A stretch of DNA of 63,796 nucleotides, filler included, from Trichomonas gallinae (lineage: Eukaryota): the NCBI GenBank assembly GCA_008369845.1. It is 8 parts of 8 records of this genome, joined end to end, with 100 filler letters (N's around TTAATTAATTAA, not from the genome) between each part and the next. Parts side by side here need not be neighbours in the genome. Positions count along the whole stretch, not along the records: positions 9,703 to 11,965 come from MRSU01000857.1; positions 12,066 to 22,571 come from MRSU01000858.1; 6 more parts are not named here. One strand, given 5' to 3'. Below, piece by piece: positions 11,450 to 21,901 of the stretch; the stretch's first letter is position 1; the number at the start of each line of letters is the position of its first letter. A model generated the notes under the pieces. It saw nothing but the letters and a program-made list of their open reading frames with translations, did not search any database and was not told the origin of the DNA. The position numbers and the translations under genes were made by a program.

Positions 11450-11560
11450 ATCAATTATGGCATGACTGCTTTAATAAATGCTTTCAAAAACGGTTATCAC
11501 GAATTTATCAGACTAATTCTCAGTTATTAAGATGGTCATCTCAAAACTTGTATTGCAATT
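11450..11560 (+). pseudogene. Ankyrin-repeat remnant
   Basis: Manual translation INYGMTALINAFKNGYHEFIRLILSY* matches the ankyrin G.T.L..A...G....V..LL pattern. Confidence 0.55.
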
Positions 11561-11965
11561 CCATTGTGCATTATGTAATTTTGCTAAATGAAAAAATAGT
11601 TACTACAAATGATATAATATGAAGTAAATTCAACATTTGTAAATGCTTTGGGCGTAAGTTTATTGTGATTTTAATTAATGATTAAAGTTCGGTATTGCTA
11701 TAATCCTTATTTGGATTTTACTATATCAAAATAGCAATATTAAGTTTTGCTTGGCCTAAAAAGTGACTTTTGGATTTTGCTTTTTTAGCAAAAACTTACG
11801 GTAGCATTGAAATTAAATAATGTAATAGTTGAAAAATTCTATGTTGAATGGAAAATACTATGAACAATATCGCATTGTTAATTTAAGTAGAACAAATTTA
11901 AATAATGGTGAACTTGTTAATATTGGGCCTGGAAATAGAGGTACAATAGATCTTGATGCAGGGTC

Positions 11966-12065
11966 NNNNNNNNNNNNNNNNNNNNNNNNNNNNNNNNNNN
12001 NNNNNNNNNTTAATTAATTAANNNNNNNNNNNNNNNNNNNNNNNNNNNNNNNNNNNNNNNNNNNN
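11966..12065. other. Artificial contig linker
   Basis: N44-TTAATTAATTAA-N44. Confidence 0.98.
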
Positions 12066-12361
12066 TCAAATATGGATAAAAAAATCTGATATAAATCTCG
12101 AAAATTACTCGTTCAACCCACGTTTTTTATTGTAATTATTGAAATGGTTTATGATGTTAAATCGAAAGATGCGAATAGTGGAAGAAAATCCTATAATATA
12201 TATATATTTAATATATCAGCAATGATGTGAAATGCCAAATAAACCGTCAAAAATGTATTTTGGATTGTTTACGTGTCAAATATTATAGCTAATTAGAAAG
12301 CACGTTATCAGTTATATTATGTGATCTATTATATTATGAAATTACACTCTAAGATTAGTAA

Positions 12362-12508
12362 ACCCCATTACAGGGCACAGAAATTAAGATAAAGAGTTTC
12401 GATCCGAAGATCTCTGACTTTATCCCGGGTTGTTTTTTGTAGTTTGCGTTTAGCAAAGCAAGCCCCTCAGTTGCCTTCATAGGGAACTCTACGTCCTTAG
12501 ACAAAGAC
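12362..12508 (-). ncRNA. U4: U4 spliceosomal snRNA
   Basis: Minus strand has 5' GUCUUUG (cf. human AGCUUUG), kink-turn stem-loop CCC-UAUGA-AG-GCAA-CU-GA-GGG, UUGCUAA (U6 stem I partner), 3' stem-loop GAUAAAG..CUUUAUC, Sm site AAUUUCUG and a terminal hairpin, in U4 order. Confidence 0.88.
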
Positions 12509-12777
12509 AATTAAAAAATGTAAAATCAATTATCAAAAATCAAAAAGTGAATAAAAATTCATGTGTCAAATTCTATAATTACTCTCAAAATTTTATTTAA
12601 GGTTCTAAATTGATAGTAATTGATTTGCTATTATCTCATGAAATAGACACAATCCAAAAGAATATGTGTTTGTTTTAATACCATCATAATCATAATATCA
12701 TTATTATCATATTAATTCTGAAATTTACATTGAAAAATCCAACAAATTAAATCAACTCAAATGTTTTTAAATAAGAA

Positions 12778-12930
12778 ATGTTAATAAAACCATTTAAGCT
12801 AGGAACTGTCGATCTTCCACCAAATGAGTATTACTTCAATGAGCAAAAGATAAATACCGCACTACAGGCTCCTGTACTTTCTCTTCAACCTTATAATCCA
12901 AATGCTGGACATGTTAAGCAAGGATACTAA
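12778..12930 (+). CDS. Possible 50-aa small protein or gene fragment
   Basis: MLIKPFKLGTVDLPPNEYYFNEQKINTALQAPVLSLQPYNPNAGHVKQGY*; GC-richer than flanks; ends in TAAA. Confidence 0.35.
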   Translation: MLIKPFKLGTVDLPPNEYYFNEQKINTALQAPVLSLQPYNPNAGHVKQGY

Positions 12931-13728
12931 AGAATTTAGTTAGTAAATTTTACTCAGAACATTTTAAATAAGAGAATAAATAAGTGACCGACTACATAAA
13001 ACGAAATTTCGAATTTTCGATATTTTAGGTAAAATTTTAGGAATTATAACTTATTTCAATTCATAAAAATATATACACAGCATAAATTGTTTTGTTTTAA
13101 GTGTGAAAAGCTTTAAATTTTAGGTTTCTTTAATAAATAGTTAAAATTTTGATGCATAACATCAAAATTATTGCTAAAAACATTGTCTAAAAGGAGATTA
13201 ATATGTGAAATTGCTATTTTATCATTAATTTGAAAATGCATCAAAACGAATATGCTTTATTGTGATAAATAATATAATAATTGGTTATAGTAAAGGTTAA
13301 AATAGCGATGTTTTGATTCCCGTGAATAATCATTTTGAGAAATACATCATCACAAAGTTTTGAAAGACATGGTTATCAAAAACATCAAAGATTTTGACAT
13401 TTTACTTGTCAATTTTGTAAACTTTTGAGAATGATTATAAACTGTCATATTTCTCAAACTATCATTCAATTTTGGCCATTGGCCAATTTTCTAATAACAG
13501 CTCTTTTTATTGGTTTATATATAAGCTGCATAATATGTGTTGATATATAAAAACATGAAATAATGTAAAAATTAAAAGGATAGAAAGAAATTTAAAATAT
13601 CGGATTATAAAAACAAAAAACAAGTGAATGGCAGGGATAGAGGCACCATTCACAACATATACGTTACGTTGGCAGGAATATCAAAGTGATATACTTCCAA
13701 CGCAAACTATGAGTCGGAAAACCTGTGA

Positions 13729-14160
13729 TTACGAACTGAACATAATGAGGTCTTCCATTGTACCTGGTGATGAAGGGTGAATAACCATGTCTCTTTGTGA
13801 ATTGACATGATTTTCTTCAAGGGCATCGATCTCTTCTCGTTGACGTCTAAGGAGGTCTTGGTACTCTGGATCACTGAATACCTCCTCATCCATTGAGTCC
13901 GAAAGGTCGGAGGAATAAAGGTCGAACATTTGACCATTTTCTGAATTCATTCTTTCGATAGCGTGTTTCAATTGTTCTTCGAATGCTTCTTTTACTTGTA
14001 TGGACTCATTTTCTCTAAGTCTTAATGCTTCAGATAATTCGGAAACAATTTTATCGACATTGTCGTTATTGACATCGAATGGGAATCCAATCTTGATGTT
14101 GTCATTGTCTCTGCGTATGATAAGATTGATGTCAACGTGCTGCATCAAGAAACAAGCCAT
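13729..14160 (-). CDS. Small protein with WNK/OSR1 CCT-like domain and acidic/coiled-coil tail
   Basis: INLIIRR....KIGFPFDVNNDNVDKIVSEL resembles the CCT I.F.F....D....VA.E pattern; first in-frame ATG 14160. Confidence 0.6.
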   Translation of the reverse strand: MACFLMQHVDINLIIRRDNDNIKIGFPFDVNNDNVDKIVSELSEALRLRENESIQVKEAFEEQLKHAIERMNSENGQMFDLYSSDLSDSMDEEVFSDPEYQDLLRRQREEIDALEENHVNSQRDMVIHPSSPGTMEDLIMFSS

Positions 14161-14845
14161 TATCAAAATAATGGAACTCGGAACGATAGTAATTTGAAAG
14201 AGATGTATTCAATTTTGACCAAGATCATTTTTTGAATGAAAAATCTAGCGAATCGAAATTATATTCATTGCTAATCCATCTACATTATTTAATTAAATCG
14301 ATTTGAAAGGAGCTGATTCAAAACCATTCATTTGAGCATCACATCAAATTCATTTCATCATCATGTCATATTCATTTCAACACAACGTCAAAAAAAATTC
14401 CCTGATTTGTCATTTACCTTATTACGCTCCAATCTTATTGTAGATATTACTGGAGAAGCTCGTTAATCTGTATATTGATAGTTTAAAAAGTATTCGTTAT
14501 TTTTGACGTGATCAAATTTACTTGTCAATTTATTTTGAACGTAAAAAATGGAAAGCAACGTTATTAAAATCCTGTTATTGGTGGTGCTATTAAGGAATTG
14601 TTCTATTTTGGTCGTACGGATTCAGAGCGTTCAAATTTTTGACATATCTGTCCTGAGTTTACATGGCATAAATTTCGTTCTGGCCTTTTAACACCATAAA
14701 CACATTCCTTATATCTGTTACTATTGTATTTTCATGTCGAAAACGATTCTGTATGACAATAAATTAACCAAAATTTGAAATATCGTTGAAAATCTATGAC
14801 TACTCTAATATAGGTTCTACTAGTTATTATTTATATGAAACTTCA

Positions 14846-15823
14846 TTATAACAAGATCATTGGGATAAATACAAAGATATCTAATTTATTAACGAGATAT
14901 TCATTCATAACTTTGCAAGAAAAGGCTGGATAATCGTTTGGTTGACATTGATATGTCTTAAATAACTTCATAGGATTCGTGAACTTTGTTGTAGCTTTTA
15001 ATCCGTTGAGAGAATCCTCGTATGCGGTTTCTTGTAATATATAAATAGCATCACCAAGTGTACCCATAAGACTTTGACCTGCTCCAGCAGTATTCTTCAA
15101 AATAGAACATCTATAAAACAAAGTTATACCGCTTGCAAAAAACATCATGTTCACACCGCAGTAGTTTCTTATTATATTCGTATACTCCATGAGTGAATTG
15201 TGGGCCATGAATCGAACAATTTGGTCGTTGGAAGCTTTGTTGTCTTGAAAGTTGCACATGGAAATTCGCGTTGAAAGAAGATTGTGAATAATGTAAAACG
15301 CGGCATTTCTATTACATGTAACTTTGCTCACATTGCACGACGAAATCGTGTTGTTATAGCCTTTTGAGCGAAATGAGAATGTGCCATATCCTAATTTATA
15401 TGTTCCACACATGTAAGCTGATCCTTCTGTTATCAATACATATGAATCAGGTCCCGCTACTATATCACAATGCAGTCCTTCATCAGATTGGGTTCCAAGG
15501 ATGTGGCAATTATATGTACAGAATCTTCTTCCTATTATATTAACTTTTGTTGAATCAACTTCATATATATTGCATCCATGGCCTGATGTTTTATTATTAT
15601 CAGAAAAAACGCAATCAGTATAAAATAAATCTATTCCTGCATAATATAGGAATATTGAACTATTTTGCAACGAAGAAAATTGGCATTGATTAATATAGCA
15701 AGATAAATTAGCAATTTGATTTTGATCGATAACAGGATTTGTGGCATTGCCATAATAAGATCCTGTAAAATTTGAGACGAAATACATGTCCCACCAAACA
15801 GTTGGGACATCATCTCTATGCAT
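14846..15823 (-). CDS. Trichomonad Cys/Asn-rich predicted beta-helix (pectin-lyase-like) protein
   Basis: Recurrent I..C.F..N units and C-terminal C.P...SC motif shared with the 37-39 kb family; start uncertain. Confidence 0.6.
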   Translation of the reverse strand: MHRDDVPTVWWDMYFVSNFTGSYYGNATNPVIDQNQIANLSCYINQCQFSSLQNSSIFLYYAGIDLFYTDCVFSDNNKTSGHGCNIYEVDSTKVNIIGRRFCTYNCHILGTQSDEGLHCDIVAGPDSYVLITEGSAYMCGTYKLGYGTFSFRSKGYNNTISSCNVSKVTCNRNAAFYIIHNLLSTRISMCNFQDNKASNDQIVRFMAHNSLMEYTNIIRNYCGVNMMFFASGITLFYRCSILKNTAGAGQSLMGTLGDAIYILQETAYEDSLNGLKATTKFTNPMKLFKTYQCQPNDYPAFSCKVMNEYLVNKLDIFVFIPMILL

Positions 15824-16938
15824 TACATTCAAAAGCTTGTAAAGGATGAAAAGAAAAGTGACATCAGGTTAATAAACGGTTCTTTAGGAACCTTTGCATT
15901 CATTAATAACATTAGAAATAAACATTTCATTGCCCACAAACATGTTTTTGCTTACAAATATTAAGAATTATAAAAGATTTTTTGATATCAAAAAAATCAT
16001 ACATGATTTACCGATTTTTGTTGTAGGGAAACACTTTTGTACAAGTTTTTATGCTATAATCCAATTAGAAAAATGTTGCTTGCATATAAAAATCATAAAA
16101 TTTGAATGACTAATGGAGAATAACTGTTATAGAACTTAGAGATGGCCTAAAATACATTTAAATTATCATAAGACAGAATTCCATGGATAAAAAGATGATT
16201 GGCTGTCAAAATTGATAATGCTTTGAAATTGACTATATTTTTAACGAAGTTATAAAATTAAATGCGATACATCGCTGCTATACAAAGTATAGATATGTAT
16301 TTTCCAACAGAAACGTATTTTAATTAACCCTCAAACAATCAAAGTTGTTTATAAAATTTACCAAAGTTATACAGCAACATTTACATAAAACACGAATTGT
16401 CATTGAATATGATGATGAAATTGCCAAATTCATATCCAATGAAACGTGACACAATAAATATTCACTGAGTTCACTGAATGTTTGTGAAGCAACTTCTCAA
16501 ACCATTAACCTCAATTTAATTTCAGGATAATTTCTCATTTGCATTCAATATCATGAGTACTTCATTATGTAGTAAGAAAAATCATTTTCCATCAAATATT
16601 TGAATAAAAGGATTTGGGAAATCTGATTTTGAGCAATTGCTAGTATACACTTTAGGAATGACAATGCAGAAATCTTATAATAATTGAGTTTGATGGAAAT
16701 ATACTTTTTGAAAAATAACTTTTTCATAATTAGAAAACCATCTTTTTTGGCACGTCATTCTATATAATGACATAATTGATTGGGAAATGATTATCAAAAT
16801 CCCACTTTTACAAAAATTTAGCTCAGATATTCATAAAAATAATAAGTGTATATATTGGTGAATGATTTGGCTCAAGCACGTTAAGATCCGATAACTAACT
16901 TCTCAATTATCCGTCTTTCAATTCGTCATTCGCAGAAA

Positions 16939-17406
16939 ATGTGTGCCAACAGGAAGATTGGGAAGCCAAAGAGGAGGCTATTCACACCAGAGGAGGACTC
17001 TATAATATTGATGGTTTTTGCTCTTAATAAATTCGAAAGTTGGTCTCAAGTCGCAAATCTTCTCCCGAATAGGACAGCAAGGCAAGTTCGAGAAAGATAC
17101 AAAAATTTCTTGTCTCCTGGTTTAACAAATAAGCCATGGACAAAGGAGGAAGATAATTTATTGAAAGAAGCATACGATCGCTTAGGACCAAAATGGGCAA
17201 AAATCACATCATATTTCAACGGAAGGTCTGAAATAAATATCAAGAACAGATGGACATCATTACAGAAAGTAATTCCGCTTCCGATCGAAAAAAATCAAAA
17301 ACAATTTTCGGTCGTTGAGCAACAGGCTGATGCAGATTTCGATGCATTTGATTCATTCGAATTTGAACTTGATCCTCATTATGATTCATTGGATTTTCAA
17401 ATTTGA
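16939..17406 (+). CDS. R2R3 Myb transcription factor
   Basis: FTPEED...W..VA..LPNRTARQVRERY and WTKEED..L......GPKWAKI...F.GRS...IKNRW; TCATTC initiator upstream. Confidence 0.95.
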   Translation: MCANRKIGKPKRRLFTPEEDSIILMVFALNKFESWSQVANLLPNRTARQVRERYKNFLSPGLTNKPWTKEEDNLLKEAYDRLGPKWAKITSYFNGRSEINIKNRWTSLQKVIPLPIEKNQKQFSVVEQQADADFDAFDSFEFELDPHYDSLDFQI

Positions 17407-18076
17407 TATAATCAAAATTTAAAACATATTAAATCATTGTATGTACATGTAAAATATTACATTTATCGATAGTGCGATTGTATTAGAATGATAGAGTAAA
17501 ATATCAACATTCACAAAAAAAAATATTATTTTTTAAATAAATTACCGATTTAAATAATGATTGGAACTAAAATACAAATCTAAAATAAGTTTTATTTACT
17601 ATCATTGTAAGCAACCTAAAGAATAGTGATATTTAATTGGTATTCAAGATTAAAATTATGTTTTCCTTATATATAGAGATCCATAACAATGATGATTCAT
17701 ATTTTATGTATCTGTTGAAGTGTTTCCACTTTAAATAAATCCTATATTGCAAAAAATAAGAAATCGAAAAAATAATTTAAAAAATTTATTTGGAATGCAA
17801 TAAAATAGTTCTTTGATATGTATCTTTTTGATTTATTTCACTAATGATACCTAATTCCACGAAAAATATGAAAAATGAATAATTTCTTATTTAAGGCAAT
17901 TAGAGTAATGATTTAAATATTTACGGAGTTATGTAATTGAATTTAGTGCTCATAATTGTTCTATCTCAAATATTTTTTAATGAAGAATAAAAAAATATAC
18001 CGAAAAAGGAATTTTTTATGGTAAATTGTTATATTTTCAATAGTTCTTCTCGTATTTTAACGAATTAAGCAAATTA

Positions 18077-19264
18077 ATGAAATTCGCCAAAAAAAAAAAT
18101 TTAGAAAAAATGGAAAATACAGAAACTGAGATTAAAAATCAAAATACTGGCGAAGAATCTGCTGATTCAGAGCATGACCAGTCGAATGCTTTGTTTGTGT
18201 GCTCTGTTTGTGGAGAAATTTGCATTATTTTAACAGAGAATTGGACAAACTCCATAAAATTACAAAAAGAAGCCCCAACATCGCCAAAATTCAGGAGGCC
18301 AGCAGAGTTCTTAAGCTATAACAAGACATTCATCATCAAAAAAGATCAGTCAATCTGGATTCACAAAGATAAACTACAAGAATTCAAAGATGAATTCAAG
18401 AGAGCCAGCTATATTAAGTTTCCACTATGCAATAGCTGCGCTCAAAACATTATAACGAAGATTAAAAAAGAACTCGCATTTCTTAATTTTGCTGAGTCAT
18501 TGTTCTTAAGATTGGATATTACTGACAAATTTATATTCGCAAATAATCTCAAAGCTGAAATTGACAACATTAATATAGAAAAGAACGCATTTGCTGAAGC
18601 AAAAACGGAATACGAGAAAGAAACTAACAGGCTTAAGACACAAGGAGCTAAAAGGAGAAACTCTGCCTTCCTATTAAAAGGTTATACAGAACATCAAACA
18701 GAATCGAAAATTGAGACTCCAAAAACGGCCGGACCTCCGTTAACGTTTTCTTCCCTTACATTCTGCATGGTTTTCCATATCAGCTACAACAGATTCTATG
18801 GAACAATCAATCAAATGAGACTTGGCCAGAATATTGCGAGAGATGTTCCATACGAAGAGATCAATGATGGGTTCATGATGCTTTTCCAGCTGATTGGAGC
18901 CATGTGCAGGATCGGTAACATCGAATGTTCGATATTATCTTTATCTGTTCCATTATCTATCGATGGATCTGTTCTTAACGCGTATGATACAAGCTACAGG
19001 AGAGGTGCAGCTGTATTTAATACTGCCTTGAAGAAACTTTTCGCATTTTGTGCTGATCTGTTTATGAATTCGATTGTTTGCTCGCATTCTCTCACCCCTC
19101 CATTTGTTATCAACACAGATGACTTCACAATCAGCCAGGAGTCATTTTTGTTCGATTTCAAGAATCCAGACGGATGGACAAGAGCAATGAAGCTCCTTCT
19201 GTTCGACTTCAAATTTATTCAAATGAAGATGATGAAAGGAACCAAATTTATTCCAAATGTTTGA
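18077..19264 (+). CDS. ATG6: Beclin-1/Vps30 (APG6 domain) homolog
   Basis: PLCNSC, FHISYNRFYGTINQMRLG...V.YEEIN and WTRAMKLLL match Beclin PLCEEC, FHIW..G.FGTINNFRLG...V.W.EIN and WTKALKFML; start may be 18110. Confidence 0.85.
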   Translation: MKFAKKKNLEKMENTETEIKNQNTGEESADSEHDQSNALFVCSVCGEICIILTENWTNSIKLQKEAPTSPKFRRPAEFLSYNKTFIIKKDQSIWIHKDKLQEFKDEFKRASYIKFPLCNSCAQNIITKIKKELAFLNFAESLFLRLDITDKFIFANNLKAEIDNINIEKNAFAEAKTEYEKETNRLKTQGAKRRNSAFLLKGYTEHQTESKIETPKTAGPPLTFSSLTFCMVFHISYNRFYGTINQMRLGQNIARDVPYEEINDGFMMLFQLIGAMCRIGNIECSILSLSVPLSIDGSVLNAYDTSYRRGAAVFNTALKKLFAFCADLFMNSIVCSHSLTPPFVINTDDFTISQESFLFDFKNPDGWTRAMKLLLFDFKFIQMKMMKGTKFIPNV

Positions 19265-19752
19265 TTTATTTGTAAATTTATAATATATTTTATAATTTTA
19301 AGTTTAGAGTCTATCAAAACGCTAAAACTACATAAATAGAAAGAAATAGTAAGACTTTAATCATATTACTGTCAAAATAATTTTTTTCGTAAATCTTTCA
19401 ACGAATAGATCATATTAATTCTTTCAGAGCATACGATATATGGTCTATTATGATCTATATAGGAATCATATAAGATATATATCATTGAATCAATCATTAG
19501 AATCTACATATATAGATAGTACCTAAAACTGCTATATACTAAGGAGTAGCCCATTTTTGGCATACATACATATATATACCTTCATTAAGATTCAATTGCG
19601 AACACCAAAAACCTTAAAATTGAAACCCTGCATTTATACAGTATCATACACACATCATAAGGATGCTGTGTTTCGGATGAATATTGAATATGTTGACAAA
19701 CTTAAAAATTGACAACCATTTTGTCGTCAATTTGACTTTTTAACACTTTACG

Positions 19753-20667
19753 ATGCCTGAGAATTTGTTACAGTATTATCTCAGTCATCATGACAATTGC
19801 TCTCCTTTCCAGCTTATTTTCTCGTGCCAGCACCCAATTCCGTATATTTACTTCTTTATCGTGATGATTTCGCTTATATTTTATATGTATTTAGGAGTTA
19901 AAGTGCTAAGGACTATGAACTTCAATATAAAAGCAATACCACCAGAATTTAAATATTGTGTCATTAGTACGATTCGTCAAGTCGCTTTATATATGAAGAT
20001 CAATGCAATATATTTTAGAGCTCACACTAAATTTAGAACTTTAGCTTACCAATTTCATCTAATCAATGTAGCACTTTATTATCTCATTAACGCATTATAT
20101 TCACTCGAGCTATTAAGATGTTTGAAAAAAATTCGTTTTCCATTTTCAAAAGGAATGTATTGGATTGGAATGATATTGATGTGGTTGAACGTTAGTATGC
20201 TTCTTTTTGATACATTCCTATATTGTTTTCCATTTGATCAAAGTCGTCCTTTCTTTACAAATTTATTCTATGTATTAGGAGAGTTTAATGATGTGGAGTA
20301 TTACGTCCAGCATTGCTTTAGTATATTCATTCTTTCAATTATTTTCGTATTTTCGCAGTCAATACAAGCACTTATCAACGAAAAATATCGCATTGCTATG
20401 AAAGTTATGGTATTTGTCTACGCATTCATCATTTTGTTCAACAAAATTGATTCATTTTTTTATGGTGAGCGAATTGTCAAAACTTTGATCCTTCATTATC
20501 CAGAGGAAGAATACTCTAAATACATAATGCTAATTGTGAACTGGATTGGTGAACAATCTGTTTCATTAATTCAAGTTATCATTGTTTATTCATTAACAGT
20601 TCCTAATTTCGGATATGAAGAGTTGTCTGTTACAGATGAGCTCTTTAATAATATATTAAGTGTCTGA
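19753..20667 (+). CDS. Multi-pass (about 7 TM) membrane protein, function unknown
   Basis: About seven hydrophobic segments in 304 aa. Confidence 0.7.
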   Translation: MPENLLQYYLSHHDNCSPFQLIFSCQHPIPYIYFFIVMISLIFYMYLGVKVLRTMNFNIKAIPPEFKYCVISTIRQVALYMKINAIYFRAHTKFRTLAYQFHLINVALYYLINALYSLELLRCLKKIRFPFSKGMYWIGMILMWLNVSMLLFDTFLYCFPFDQSRPFFTNLFYVLGEFNDVEYYVQHCFSIFILSIIFVFSQSIQALINEKYRIAMKVMVFVYAFIILFNKIDSFFYGERIVKTLILHYPEEEYSKYIMLIVNWIGEQSVSLIQVIIVYSLTVPNFGYEELSVTDELFNNILSV

Positions 20668-20767
20668 ATTTTCAATTTGATATAATTATTTATTAAATGT
20701 TCTCTATTTAGTATTTTAATTCCAAAATACATACATTTTACGCATATATATGAGAAATATAAATAAT

Positions 20768-21901
20768 CTATTCATTTTGCGATGAAATTGGTTCATCATA
20801 ATTCGAACTTTCCATTAAAGGCTGCTCATCGTTTGATTCCTCTATCTTTGGACAAAACAGGATTGCTGATATCGATTGGATGACTACAAGAGCAACAAGT
20901 ATTATTCCAATTGCAATAATCAAAAACAATTTGATTGATTTCGAATTATCAACGACTTTGTACTTAAGCAACTCGTCATTTGTAAGATTTCCATGGTATA
21001 AATGCCATTTATTATTGTTAAACAGCGCGAAAGCCGGTAATTGATGAGTTTGCAGTCTAATTGACCGTCCAATGAATGAATTTGGATGGTAAATGGCATA
21101 AACAAGCTGCCAGTTTGGAAGCAAATCAGATGCAACTTTCATGTAATTTTGAATTTGATTTTTATCTTTGAGAAGCACTAAGACGAGTTTTGACGCGTTT
21201 TTACGAGATAGCTCGAGAATAGTTTCTTCTATTGGCGGAAAGATCGGATATAGATATCTTTTCACGATATTTGTAATATTTTCTTTATCTGGTCTAAACG
21301 ACACGCTATGAGGCTGTACTCCATGCTTGTATATTGTTAACGAATAATTTTGGTCGGTAAGTCTGTAAAATTCGCAATTTTTTTGCTTAAAATTCGAAGC
21401 TACGGCGTTAAACACCTTTTTGTAGTCGTATTTATCATCATTAGGAGTTGTTAATAAGAAATACGTATATGGTTCTGTAAGATTCGAAATATTTTTATTA
21501 AATTCGTCGAATTTTGCAACTTCATGTATGTGAGCGAAGACTCTTTCTGTGATAATCTGTTTGAGCTCAGCTTCTGAAGGATGCGAGCCTATCGTTCGAT
21601 TGATTTTGTTGATTTTATCCTGAAAAATAAAATTTGGAATCGCGTGAATGCTGAATGCGTCGCAAGCTCGTGACCTACCCTCACACTTGACCTCTGCATT
21701 GAGCAATCCTGTTATGTTATCGTTGTTTTTGTAATAAGATTCCCAGATTGGTTTCATATGTTTGCAATGAGGGCAGCCAGGATTGTAAAAGAAGTACATA
21801 ATTGCTTCGTACTTCGGATCATTTATCACTTCTCGCCAATTATCGTTGTTTAATCGAATAAATTCAGATAATGAAAGATAAGCAAATAAGAATAAATTCA
21901 T
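20768..21901 (-). CDS. Thioredoxin/PDI-like membrane protein
   Basis: Signal peptide, FYNPGCPHCKHMKPIW active site, C-terminal TM helix and acidic tail. Confidence 0.85.
   Translation of the reverse strand: MNLFLFAYLSLSEFIRLNNDNWREVINDPKYEAIMYFFYNPGCPHCKHMKPIWESYYKNNDNITGLLNAEVKCEGRSRACDAFSIHAIPNFIFQDKINKINRTIGSHPSEAELKQIITERVFAHIHEVAKFDEFNKNISNLTEPYTYFLLTTPNDDKYDYKKVFNAVASNFKQKNCEFYRLTDQNYSLTIYKHGVQPHSVSFRPDKENITNIVKRYLYPIFPPIEETILELSRKNASKLVLVLLKDKNQIQNYMKVASDLLPNWQLVYAIYHPNSFIGRSIRLQTHQLPAFALFNNNKWHLYHGNLTNDELLKYKVVDNSKSIKLFLIIAIGIILVALVVIQSISAILFCPKIEESNDEQPLMESSNYDEPISSQNE

Noticed and set aside
14163..14170. TTT-TGA as an antizyme-type +1 frameshift site
   Set aside because: The +1 frame closes after about ten codons and the main ORF is in the -1 frame with no antizyme similarity
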